Assembly: GCA_030390025.1 (NCBI GenBank)
Contig: CM059432.1
Span: forward strand, 18,292,001-18,356,000
Length of the DNA stretch: 64,000 bases
Reading direction: 5' to 3'
Source: Squalus acanthias
Lineage: Eukaryota
Positions within the stretch are counted from its first letter, which is position 1. Each line of letters begins with the position of its first letter. Shown piece after piece: positions 12,793-25,083 of the stretch. The notes beneath the pieces were generated by a model, which saw nothing but the letters and a program-made list of their open reading frames with translations, had not been told where the DNA came from and did no database searches. The translations under genes were made by a program, and so were the position numbers.

Positions 12793-14990
12793 ATAAGAAC
12801 ATAAGAACATAAGAAATAGGAGCAGGAATAGGCCATTTGGCCCCTCGAGCCTGCTCCGCCATTCAATAAGATCATGGCTGATCTTGGGCTCAAAGCCACT
12901 TCCCTGCCCGCTCCCCATAACCCTTCACTCCCTTATCTTGCAAAAATCTGTCTATCTCCATCTTAAATGTATTTAATGACCCAGCCTCCACAGCTCTCTG
13001 CGGTAGAGAATTTCACAGATTTACGACCCCCTGAGAGAAGAAATTCCTCCTCATCTCAGTTCTAAGAGGGCGATCCTTTATTCTGAAACTATGCCCCTGA
13101 GTTCTAGATATCCCCACGAGGGGAAACATCCTCTCTGCATCTACCTTGTCGAGCCCCCTCAGTATCTTACATGTTTCAATAAGATCACCTCTCATTCTTC
13201 TAAATTTCAATGAGTATAGGCCCAACCTGCTCAATCTTTCCTCATAAGTCAAACCCCTCATCTCTGGAATTAACCTAGTGAATCGTCTCTGAACTGCCTC
13301 CAAAGCAAATATATCCTTCCTTAAATAAGGAGACCAAAACTGTATGCAGTACTCAAGGTGTGGTCTCACCAACACCCTGTACAGTTGTGGCAGGACTTCC
13401 CTGCGTTTATACTCCAACCACCTTGAAATAAAGGCCAACATTCCATTTGCCTTTTTGATTACTTGCTGTACCTGCATGCTAACTTTTTGTGTTTCATGCA
13501 CCAGGACCCCCAGGTTCCTCTGAACTGTAGCATTTTATAATCTCTCTCCATTTAAATAATAATTTACTTTTTTATTTTTCCTACCAAAGTGGATAACCTC
13601 GCACTTTCCCACATTATACTCCATCTGCCAAATGTTTGCCCACTCACTTAGCCTGTCTATATCCCTTTGCAGATTCTTTGAGTCCTCTGCACAACTTGCT
13701 TTCCCACCCATCTTTGTATCATCCGCAAACTTGGCTACATTATACTCAGTCCCTTCATCCAAGTCATTAATGTAGATTGTAAATAGTTGGGGCCCCAGCA
13801 CCGATCCCTGTGGCACCCCACTAGTTACCGTTTGCCAAACGGAAAATGACCCATTTATCCCGACTCTCTGCTTTCTGTTAGTTAGCCAATTCTCTATCCA
13901 TGCTAATATATTACCCCCAACTCCGTGAGCTCTTATCTTATGCATTAACCTTTTATGTGGCACCTTATCGAATGCTTTCTGGAAATCCAAATACACCACA
14001 TCCACTGGCTCACCTTTGTCCACCCTGCTCGTTACATCCTCAAAGAACTCCAGCAAATTTGTTAAACATGATTTCCCTTTCATAAAACCATGCTGACTCT
14101 GCTTGACTGCATTATGATTTTCCAAATGCCCTGCTACTGCTTCCTTAATGAAGGTCTCCAGCATTTTCCCAACGACAGATGTTAGGCTAACTGGTCTATA
14201 ATTTCCTGCTTTCTGTCTCCCTCCTTTCTTAAATAGGGGTGTTACATTTGCGGTTTTCCAATCCACTGGGACCTCTCCAGAGTCCAGGGAATTTTGGTAT
14301 ATTGCAACCAATGCATCCACTATCTCTGCAGCCACTTCTTTTAAGACCCTGGGATGCAGGCCATCTGGTCCAGGGGACTTGTCGTCTTTTAGTCCAATTA
14401 TTTTACCAAGTACTATTTCCTTAGTGATAGTGATTGTCTTTAGATCCCCCCTCCCTGTGGCCCCTTGATTATCCATTATTGTTGAAGACAGATACAAAAT
14501 ATTTGTTCAGAGTCTCTGCCATTTCCCCGTTCCCCATTATTAATTCCCCAGTCTCATCCTCTAAGGGACCAATGTTTACTTTAGCTACTCGCTTCCTTTT
14601 TATATACCTGTAGAAGCTCTTACTATCTGTTTTAATATTTCTTGCCAGTTTACTCTCATAATTCATCTTCTCTCTCTTTATTATTTTTTTAGTCATCCTT
14701 TGTTGGTTTTTAAAAAATTCCCAATCCTCTGGTCTCCCACTAATCTTGGCAATATTGTATGCCTTCGTTTTCAATTTGATACCATCCTTTACTTCCGTAG
14801 TTAGCCACGGATGGTGCTCCCTTCTCCTAAAATCTTTCTTTCTTACTGGGATATATTTTTGTTGAGAGTTATGAAATATCTCCTTAAATGTCTGTCACTG
14901 CATTTCAACTGACTTACCCTTTAATTTATTTTTCCTGTCCACTTTATCCAGTTCTGCCCTCAAGCCATTGTAATTGTCTTTATTTAAGAT
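12793..14990 (-). mobile_element. 5'-truncated CR1 LINE (RT and 3' tail)
   Basis: ORFs 13535-14497 (complete RT motifs) and 13013-13501; (ACATAAGA)n tail at 12795. Confidence 0.88.
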
Positions 14991-15042
14991 CAGGTCACTG
15001 GTTTGAGATAAAACTTTCTCACCCTCCCAATGAATTTGAAAT

Positions 15043-16040
15043 TCAACCATGAGCCCTAATCTTGTGTAATAACCTTTTATGTGGCACCTTATCGAATGCC
15101 TTTTGGAAATCCAAATATACGACATCCACTGGTTCCCCTTTATCTACCCTGCTAGTTACATCCTCAAAAAACTCAAATAAATTTGTCAAACACGATTTTC
15201 CTTTCATAAAACCATGTTGACTCTGCCTAATCATGTTATGACTTTCTAAATGACTTGATGCCACTTCCTTAACAATGGATTCCAGCATTTTCCTGACGAC
15301 TGATGTCAGGCTAACTGGCCCGTAGTTCCCTGTTTTTTCTCTCCCTCTTTTCTTGAATAGAGGTGTTACATTTGTGATCTTCCAATCCGCTGGGACCATT
15401 CCAGAATCTAGGGAATTTTGGAAGATCAAAATCAATGCATCCACTATCTCTTCAGCCACCTCTTTTAGAACCCTAGGATGTAGACCGTCAGGTCCAGGTG
15501 ATTTGTCGGCTTTTAGTCCCCTTAGTTTCTCTAGTACTTTTTCTCTACTTATATTAATTACGTTAAGTTACTCATCCTCATTAGACCCTTGGTTCCCTAC
15601 CATTTTGGTATGCTTTTTGTGTCTTCTACTGTGAAGACAGATACAAAATTTTTTGTTTAACGTTTCTGCCATTTCCTTATTCCCCATAATAATTTCTCCT
15701 GTCTCAGCCTCTAAGGGACCAACATTTACTTTTGCTACTCAGTTCCTTTTTACATACTTTAGAAGCTCTTACAATCTGCTTTTATATTTCTTGCTAGTTT
15801 TCTCTCATATTATATTTTTACCTTTTTTAGCAATTGTTTGGCCATCCTTTGCTGGTTTCTGAAACTCTCCCAATCCTTAGGTTTACTATTATTCTTTGCA
15901 ACATTATAAGCTTCTTCTTTCAATCTAATGCTATCCTTAACTTCTTTAGTTAGCCATGGGGTTGGATCACTTTTCCCGTGGAGTTTTTGTTTCTCAATCG
16001 AATGTATTTTTGTTGAGAATTATGAAATATTTCTTTAAAT
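15043..16040 (-). mobile_element. CR1 ORF2 internal fragment
   Basis: ORF 15043-15459 with SLTSVV..QHGFMKGKSCLTNL..DFQKAFDKVPH. Confidence 0.8.
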
Positions 16041-18381
16041 GCTAATTTAACTCCTTGTATTGATGGCTTTCCAATTCAATCTCACAAACAGCACTTAATA
16101 ACAGCCCAACCCAATGAAGTGGCACATTTAATCTAGTCTACTGCTGACTTTTTCCCAATATACTTCTGGTCAGGCTCTCAAGATAGAAATGTGTAACTTT
16201 TGTTTGTAGCAAGTGTGACTTTTAAATTAAAATTCCTGTACTTCTCCACAGATACATCAAGCGGGGATTTTGTTAAATCTGTAACAATGCAGTCTCTCCA
16301 CTGGCTTGTTATCATATAGAGGCTTCAGTCTGTTGATTTAATGGTTGCTGTTGCTAATGTGCGTCCGATCAGATGCCATAAAAGGCTCAATTTCTCACCC
16401 ATTGGAGAGTTTATTGAACGTTCCACATTGGGAAAGGTTATTGCTGCCACCTCATTACAGAATGTCAGTGATCCTATCTCCAGAGAGATTACTTTGCGAG
16501 CCTGATGGAATACAAATGTACAAAGAGCACTGACACATACGGTGTTTGCCTGGCCTTTTATTTAAAGCACCAGTGCCGTGAGGGCCAAACTTTTACAGTT
16601 GTAAATAATGATAAGAAATAGGAGCAGGAGTCGGCCATTCGGCCCCTCGAGTCTCCTCCGTCATTCAATAAGATCATGGCTGATCTTCTACCTCAACTCC
16701 ACTTTCCTGCACTATCCCCATATCCCTTGATTCCCTTAATATCCAAAAAGCTATCGAACTCTGTCTTGAATATACTCAACGACTCAGCCTCCACAGCCCT
16801 CTGGGGTAGAGAATTCCAAAGATTCACCACCCTCTGAGTGAAGAAATTTCTCCTCACCTCAGTTCTAAATGGCCGACCCCTTATTCTGAGACTGTGACCC
16901 CTGGTTCTAGACTCCCCAGCCAGGGGAAACATCCTCCCTGCATCTACCCTGTCAAGCCCTGTAAGAATTTTGTATGTTTCAATTAGATCACCTTTCATTC
17001 TTCTAAACTCTAGGAAATATAGGCCTAGTTTACTCAATCTCTCCTCATAGGACAATCCCCCCATCCCAGGAATCAGTCTGGTGAATCTTCATTGCACTCC
17101 CTCTATGGTAAGTATATCCTTCCTTAGGTAAGGAGACCAAAACTCTACACAATACTCCAGGTGTGGTCTCACCAGGGCCCTATACTCTTGTACTCAAATC
17201 CTCTTGTAATAAAGGCCAACATACCCTTTGCTTTCCTAATTGCTTGCTGTTCCTGCATATTAACTTTCAGTGATTCGTGTACAAGGACACCCAGGTCCCT
17301 CTGAACACCAACATTTCCCAATCTCTCACCATTTAAAAAATACTCTGCTTTTCTATTTTTCCTGCCAAAGTGGATAACTTCACATTTCTCCACATTATAT
17401 TCCATTTGCCATGTTCTTGCCTACTCACTTAGTTTGTCTATATCCCCTTGAAGCCTCTTTGCATCCTCCTCACAACTTACATTCCCACACAGCTTTTTAT
17501 CATCAGCAAACTTGGATATATTACATTTGGTCCCCTCATCCAAATCATTGATACAGATTGTGAATAGCTGAGGCCCAAGCACTGATCCTTGCGGTACCCC
17601 ACTAGTTACAGCCTCCCAACCCGAAAATGACTAGTTTATTCCTACTCTCTGTTTTCTGTCTGTTAACCAATCGCCAATCCATGCTAGTATATTACCCCCA
17701 ATCCCATGAGCCCTAATTTTGTTTAATAACCTCTTGTGTGGCACCTTATCGAATGCCTTCTGAAAATCCAAATACACCACATCCACTGGTTCCCCCTTAT
17801 CTATTCTGTTAGTTACAACCTCAAAAAACTCTAACAGATTCGTCAAACACAATTTTCCTTTCATAAATCCGTGTTGACTCTGTCCAATCCTATTACTATT
17901 TTCTAAGTACCCTGTTACCACGTCCTTAATAATAGATTCTAGCATTTTCCATACTACTGATGCCAGGCTAACTGGTCTGTATTTCCCCGTTTTCTTTCTC
18001 TCTCCTTTCTTAAATAGTGGGTTACATTTGCTACCTTCTAATCCACGGGAACCGTTCTAGAATCTTTGGAATTTTGAAAAATGACAACCAATGCATCCAC
18101 TATCTTTCAAAACCCTAGGATGGAGGCCATCAGGCCAAGGGGATTTATTGGCTTTTAGTCCCATTAACCTCTCCAGTACGATTTTTTAACTAATACTAAT
18201 TTCTTTCAGTTCCTCATTCTCGCTAGACCCTTGGTTCTCCACTACTTCCGGGAAGTTTTTTGTGTCTTCTTCCGTGAAGTATTTGTTTAATTTCTCTGCT
18301 ATTTCCTTATTCCCCATTATAATTTCTCATGTCTCAGCCTGTAAGGGACCCACATTTACTTTCGCTAATCTTTTCCTTTGT

Positions 18382-21188
18382 TTATGCATTCATGGGATGT
18401 GGGTGTCGCTGGCAAGGCCAGCATTTATTGCCTAACACTAGTTGCACTTGAGAAGGTGGTGGTGAGCCTCCTTCTTGAGCTGCTGCAGTCCGTGTGGTAA
18501 AGGTACTCCCACAGTGCTGAGGGAGTTCCAGGATTTTGACCCAGCGACGATGAAGGAACGGCGATATACTTCCAAGTCAGGATGGTGTGTGACTTGGAGG
18601 GGAACTTGGAGGTGATGGTGTTCCCATGCATCTGCTGCCCTTGTCCTTCTAGGTGGTCGAGGTCGTGGGATTGGGAAGTGCTGCCAAAGAAGCCTTGGCG
18701 AGTTGCTGCAGTGCATCTTGTAGATGGTACACATTGCAGCCACGGTGTGCCGGTGGTGGAGGGAGTGAATGTTTAAGGTGGTGGATGGGGTGCCAATCAA
18801 GCGGGCTGTTTTGTCTTGGATGGTGTCGAGCTTCTTGAGTGTTGTTGGAGCTGCACTCATCAAGGCAAGTGGAGCGTATTCCATCACACTCCTGACTTGT
18901 GCCTTGGGTGGGGGATTTGGCGATCGTAATGTCGTTGAATGTCAAGGGGCGGTGGTTAAATGCTCGCTTGTTGGAGATAGTCATTGCCTGGCACTTGTGT
19001 GGCACGAATGTAACCTGCCACTTATCAGCCCAAGCCTGAATGTCATCCAGATCTTGCTGCATGCGGACATGGACTGCTTCATTATCTGAGGAGTTGTGAA
19101 TGGCACTGAACACTGTGCAATCATCAGCAAACATCCCCATTTCTGACCTTATAATGGAGGGAAGGTCATTGATGAAGCAGCTAAAGATGGTTGGGCCTAG
19201 GACACTGCCCTGAGGAACTCCTGCAGCGATGTCCTGGGGCTGTGATGATTGACCTCCAACCACCACAACCATCATCCTTTGTGCTAGGTATGACTCCAGC
19301 CAATGGAGAGTTTTCCCCCCGATTCCCATTAACTTCAGTTTTACTCGGGCTCCTTGATGCCACACTCGGTCAAATGCTGCCTTGATGTCAAGGGCAGTCA
19401 CTTTCACCTCACCTCTGGAATTCAGCTCTTTTGTCCATATTTGGACCAAGGCTATAATGAGGTCTGGAGCCGAGTGGTCATGCCTGAACCCAAACTGGGC
19501 ATCAGTGAGCAGGTTATTGGTGAGTAAGTGCTGCTTGATAGCACTGTCGACGACACCTTCCATCACTTTGCTGATGATTGAGTAGACTGATGGGGCGGTA
19601 ATTGGGTGGATTGGATTTGTCCTGCTTTTTGTGGACAGGACATACCTGGGCAGTTTTCCACATTGTCGGATAGATGCCAGTGTTATAGCTGTACTGGAAC
19701 AGCTTGGCTAGAGGTGCGGCTAGTTCTGGAGCACAAGGGGGAGAAATTCAGTATCGCCCCATTTGGGGCGCAATTATCGGCCGGGCGCAAAGATTAGCGC
19801 CTGGTGCTAATTATCGCCACCGACTGCAAACTTGACTTTTATCGCCCCTGGAGGTGATTGCAGCGCTATATCAGGCGCTTCACACCTGTCTTAAGGCGCA
19901 AAGGCGGAGGAGCGAGGCGCTACCTCAGAGCGCTGGCGAAGCTCATGTAATGTCAGTCAGCAATGGAACACACACACAATGGCACGGGCCAGTTCTTAAA
20001 GGGGATGGTTAATCTTGCTTTCCATCCACATCCTGCTCATTGCAGCCTTGAATCTCGGCCTGGAGAGACTTGCACATCAAATGTGCTGGAAAGAACAATG
20101 GAGAGTACCAGGCAAAGAGCTCAGAGTGCAGCCCCCACAGTCTCTGCTAAATCGATACAAGGAATGGCAAATCAAAATGAACCTGCAAAGTGCTGCTCAG
20201 TACCCAAAACTCCTTCACACAACGTTGAATCTCTCCAGAAGTCTCTCCCTCTCTCTCTCAGAATGCGTAGTCCAAAAATGGCACCAACAATAAAAGGCAG
20301 GAAGCGCTCCCCCTTTCCCTTCATGACTGCAGAACGCTCCCCTCAACCTGTCGTTGCTAGCATCAGGCGGTAAGGCAGGGGGCGCCACTCAATATCCGCT
20401 CCGGGGCGATACCGGGGCGTTGCGCACTCGAGTGACGTCATGATCTGCCGGCGCAGGAGATCGTGGCGGTAGTGTTTAGCGCTGCCGCAAAATGTCTAGT
20501 TAATTTCGCGAGCGGCGCAAACTTCGCTGCGCCTGGGCGCTAGATGCTTTGCGCCCCATTAGCGCCCTCTTAAGGCGCTAACGGGAGGCGCAACCAACTG
20601 AATTTTTCCCCCCAAGTCTTTAGCACGACAGCCAGGATGTTGACGGGGCCCTCAGCCTTTGCTGTATCCAGTGCGCTCAGCCATTTCTTGATATCACGTG
20701 GAGTGAATCGAATTGGCTGAAGACGGGCTTCTGTGGTGGTGGAGACCTCAGGAGTAGGCCGATATGGATCATCCACTCGGCAATTCTGACTGAAGATGGT
20801 TGCAAACGCTTCAGCTTTGTCTTTTGCACTCACGTGCTAGGCACCACCATCATTGAGGATGTGAATATTCATGGAGCCTCTTCCCCCGTTAGTTGTTTAA
20901 TGGCCCACTACCATTCACAACTGGATGTGGCAGGACTGCAGAGCTTTGATCTGATCCGTTGATTGTGGGATCGCTTAGCTCTCTCTATAGCATGCTGCTT
21001 CTGCTTTTTAGCATGTATGTAGTCCTGTGTTGCAGCTTCCCCAGGTTGGCACCGCATTTCTTTCAGGTACACCTGGTGCTGCTCCTGGCTTGCTCTTCTA
21101 CACTCTTCATTGAACCAGTGTTGGTCCCCTGGCTTCATGGTAATGGTAGAGTGAGGGATATGCTGGGCCATGAGGTTACAGATTGTGG
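18382..21188 (-). mobile_element. LINE-B (second CR1/L2-group lineage), RT-bearing 3' part, with MITE insertion
   Basis: ORF 18649-19566 ([32 protein letters not shown]); 3' end AATAAATGCTGGCCTTGCCAGCGAC...CATCCCATGAAT. Confidence 0.85.
19737..20612. mobile_element. Harbinger MITE, family M1 (876 bp)
   Basis: TIR GGGGGAGAAATTCAGT / ACTGAATTTTTCCCCC; TSD CAA/CAA. Confidence 0.92.
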
Positions 21189-21589
21189 TTTACATATCTA
21201 TAGAAGCTTTTACAGTCTGTTTTTATGTCTCTTGCTAGTTTACTCTCATATTCTATTTTCCCTTTCTTTATCAATTTCTTGGTCCTCCTTTGCTGAATTC
21301 CAAAATTCCCCCCAATCCTCAGACTTGGTACTCTTTTGTGCAACATTATAAGCCTCCTCCTTTGATCTAATACTATCGTTACACTCTCTTGTTAGCCACA
21401 GTTGGTCCACTTTTCCTGCGTACAGATAGCGGACTTTGAATTGCCACTGGAATTGCCTGCTTGTAATAACAGACCTGTTAAAAATAAGCAGAAACTGGCG
21501 CTTAAAAACTGAGCTAATCCAGGATTTTGGTTAGTTCAATCAGGTTTTCCACAACTTATAACAGAATTATTTTTTTAAGAAAGAGACCA

Positions 21590-21785
21590 GGGTCTAAAAA
21601 TTCGGTTGCTTTGCGCCTCCCGTTAGCGCCCTAAGATATTCCCTCGCAGCGTCCCAAGAGGGAGGCGGGGCGCTTCCAGTAGCACTCCACTTCCCTCTTG
21701 GAGCGCAACCGATGAATTTCGGCCACGGGGGCGCTAATTTTTTCGAGGCTCTAAAAGTAGTGCCCCGGCTCAATTTTTCCCCCCC
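21590..21785. mobile_element. Short Harbinger-type MITE (~195 bp)
   Basis: Ends GGGTCTAAAAATTCGGTTG..GCGCCTCCCGTTAGCGCC and CTCAATTTTTCCCCC resemble the Harbinger termini; TSD unclear. Confidence 0.6.
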
Positions 21786-22399
21786 GGAAAAGAAAGTTGC
21801 CAACTCGTCACTATCCCGCACAAATGCCAATAAAAACCGAAGCCCCTTCCAAACATCGCTGCTATTCCTGTCCTTGTGAGCCGCTGCACAACTGTGCAGA
21901 CTGCCCATATACCCCTTCCTCACCTAGAGGTTTCTGTTAATGTAATATACTTATACTGGCACAAATGTGCGGATGGGACAGCAATTTCACGAGCTCCTCA
22001 ACTCAGGCGCTTCCTGCTTGCTGGGCACAGTGGTGAAAATTCCTGGAAGGGTTCCATGCCAGCGGTGTGTTTTCTCGCACAGACTGTGCACCCACCTCAT
22101 TATCAATTCAAATATGCTCATGAACGCTACTTAATGTGGAAGCCGGCAATGTTCCCTGCTTTTACACACTGCACATTAATCTCACCCATTTTAAATGGCT
22201 CTTTAAACCAGCAGGCTCTCACATATCAGGAAATGAACAGCATCAGCGTTAATTTGTTGCTAGACACTTGCAAACTACGGGGGTGGGGGGAAGGTTATTT
22301 TTAGTCTTCCCTCTCAGTTGATTTAATGGACGAGGATGAAGAGGAACAAAGAGCTATCAGATGGCACAAGTGGCAGATTGGCCACATTCACCAATATGC

Positions 22400-22665
22400 T
22401 ACCCATCCTATCTGTAGCCTTGTGGGCTTAGGTTCAACCAGGAGCTAGTTACAGAGCTGTGCCATCAACTTCAAGATGTCAACTCCACTCTAGCAATCGC
22501 ACTCTCAGTGGCCGTCAAGGTGACCATGGTGCTCAACTTTTACGCTTCAAACTCCTTCCGGACTAGCGCAGGAGCCATCTGCAGTATCATTCTATTTGCG
22601 GTCCACCAATATATCAAACAAGCAACTGATGTGTTATTCAACAGGGTCAGCACTTCCATCTCCTC
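22400..22665 (+). pseudogene. Old Harbinger transposase N-terminal remnant
   Basis: Hand translation LVTELCHQLQ..ALSVAVKVTMVLNFYASNSF..FAVHQYIKQATDVLF aligns to the intact transposase. Confidence 0.75.
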
Positions 22666-23559
22666 AGCATAACCTTTTAAGTGTGTGAACTCCTGCTTCA
22701 AATTTCTCTCCATTCAATGCCCCAGCCTGTTGAAGTTAGACAAAACAGCCTCCTGTAGATTGGAGCCCAAGACCTGTACACCAGCAGTCTAAGCATTCAT
22801 GGATGAAACTCCGCTGGGCTTAGAAGTGTCCTGCTGCAGATATCCTTGGAGTTGCCATGGACTCTAAGGTAGTCCAGTTCAGAGAAGGCTTTCTGTATAA
22901 CTTCACAGATCTGTCTGGTGGATCCCTCCACACTCCCAGTCAGACCTTACAGGGTGTTATGGACAGACTCAAGTGACTCCTGTAGACGATCATGCTCAGA
23001 CTGCAATCTCCTTTTCTATGCAGTGTTTCTGAGGTCTGAATCTCTAGGCATTGCAGCAGAAGGAGTTGAGCTGGCCCTCTGGCAGCAGGTTCCTGCTTCC
23101 CCTCTATCATTATCAGTTGCTGCTGCTCATCTGTGCACTGATTCACCTGGTGCTTATTCCTCAAGCCGAATTTAACAGCAGGACCTGATTAGCATATTCA
23201 ATCTGTGTCCCGCTCGCAGCCAGCCAGATGGAGAGGCTGGCTGGCTGCCGGGTAGGTAGGCCTGCGGCACCAGGCTGCAGAGAGAAAGGAGGGAGGGATC
23301 GGGGGGGGGGGGCGGTGGGGGTGCGGTTGGAGGCTGGAGGAGGATCGGGGCCGGAGGGGAGAGGTCGGAAGGCCGGAGGGGGGTTCGGAGACCAGAGGGG
23401 GGAGTCGGGGGCCAGAGGGAGATCGGGGGCCGAGGATTGAAGGCCAGAGGGGGGATCGAGATCGCGGCCTCGTGGGGCGGGGGTGGGGGGTCGGAGGCCC
23501 CGGGTGGGCGGTGTTCCAAGCCTTCAAAAAACATAAATTGACCATGGCAGAGATACCAA

Positions 23560-23893
23560 ATAAGTCCTTTGGTTCTTGTTTCACAGAGGAGGTAGATACT
23601 GACAGTGCAGAACCACCAGAGTCAGGTGTAGAGCAGTTGGCGGAGGTTTTTATGCAAAGAGAAATGGTACTAAAGAAGTTACACAAGGTTAAAGTAGACA
23701 AATCACTGGAACTTTATGGTTTACATCAGAAGATCCTGAGGGCAGCTGGAGGAGAAATAACAGAGACTCTGACAAATTTTCCAGAATTCTGTGGAAAGGA
23801 AAATTGTGCCAGAGGACTGAAAGGTGGCAAACGTGATTCCCCTCTTCAAAAAAGGAGTCGAGGATAAGCCAGAAAATTAGAGGCCGATTAATT
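23560..23893 (+). mobile_element. Old CR1 ORF2 fragment, left part; continues inverted at 28967-28994 and at 34241-34886
   Basis: KVDKS..GLH..IL; ends ..PLFKKG..RPIN. Confidence 0.7.
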
Positions 23894-24571
23894 TTAGATC
23901 CCTGATGGCAGCAGGACAGATAGATAAGGTGGTTAAGAAGGCATATGGGATACGTGCCTTCATTAGCTGAGGCATAGAATATAAGAGCAGGGAGGTTATG
24001 AGGGAGCTGTACAAAACGCTAGTTAGGCAGCAGCTGGAATACTGTGTGCAGTTCTGGTCGCCACACTATAGGAAGGATGTGATTGCATTGGAGAGGGTGC
24101 AGAGGAGATTCACCAGGATGTTACCTGGGCTGGAGCGCTTCAGCTATGAAGAGACTGGACAGGCTGGGGTTGTTTTCCTTAGAGCAGAGAAGGCTGAGGG
24201 GGGACCTGATTGAGGTGTACAAAATTATGAGGGGCATAGATAGGGTAGATAGAAAGGAACATTTCCCCTTAGTAGAGGGGTCAATAACCAGGGGGCATAG
24301 TTTCAAGGTAAGGGGCAGGAGGTTTAGAGGGGATTTGAGGAAAAACTTTTTCACCCAGAGGGTGGTTGGAATCTGGAACTCACTGCCTGAAAGGGTGGTA
24401 GAGGCAGGAACCCTCACAACATTCAAGAAGCATTTAGATGAGCACTTGAAACGCCATAGCATACAAGGCTACGGACCAAGTGCTGGAAAATGGGATTAGA
24501 ATAGATAGGGCTTGATGGCTGGCATGGACACGATGGGCTGAAGGGCCACTTTCTGTGCTGTATAACTCTAT
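23894..24571 (+). mobile_element. Younger CR1 3' fragment whose (GACTCTAT)n tail is the Harbinger insertion site
   Basis: ORFs 23998-24213 and 24083-24499 (CR1 C-terminus); tail TATAACTCTAT abuts the TIR. Confidence 0.85.
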
Positions 24572-25083
24572 GGGGTAAAAATTCAGTTGGTTGCGCCTCC
24601 CATTAGCGCCTTAAATGGGCGCTAATGGGGCGTTAAGGCGCTAACGCCCGGGTGCAGCGCTGTTTGCGCCGCTTGAGAACTTAACTTGAGATTGTGCGGC
24701 GGCGCTAAAACTTACCGCTGCGACCACCTGCGCGCGCAGATTGTGACGTCAGTCCGTGGTGCAACGCCCTTGGGGCGCCCCGGAGCGGAAATTGAGTGGC
24801 GCCCCCTGCCTTACCGCCTGGCGCTTCCAACGACCGGAAGACTGGAACGTTATCAATCGGTCTGGGGCTGGGGGGGGCGCTATTTAAAGGGGTCCTCTTC
24901 CTGTCTTTTTCTGTGGTCGACATTTATGCACCACTCGTTCTGAGAGAGAGAGAGAGATTCGGAGAGAGAGAGAGAGAGACTTCTACATTGACTCAACGCT
25001 TTGTGAGGTAGTTTTGCCTAGTTCATCCTAACTTTGCTGCTACTTTCGTTGCTGTACCTCATTACTTTTCTGGCAAAGAGAAG

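Larger units (their letters stand above)
16610..21420 (-). mobile_element. 5'-truncated CR1 LINE split by a LINE-B insertion (18382-21188)
   Basis: ORFs 16693-17064, 17169-17405, 17631-17945; sequence resumes at ~21189 (CTTTTCCTTT|TTTACAT junction). Confidence 0.8.

Noticed and set aside
16250..16440. Coding exon after a strong acceptor (TTCTCCACAG)
   Set aside because: Stops in all three frames.
23170..23520. GC/proline-rich ORFs or CpG-island promoter
   Set aside because: Low-complexity G-rich sequence resembling a MITE interior; boundaries not definable.
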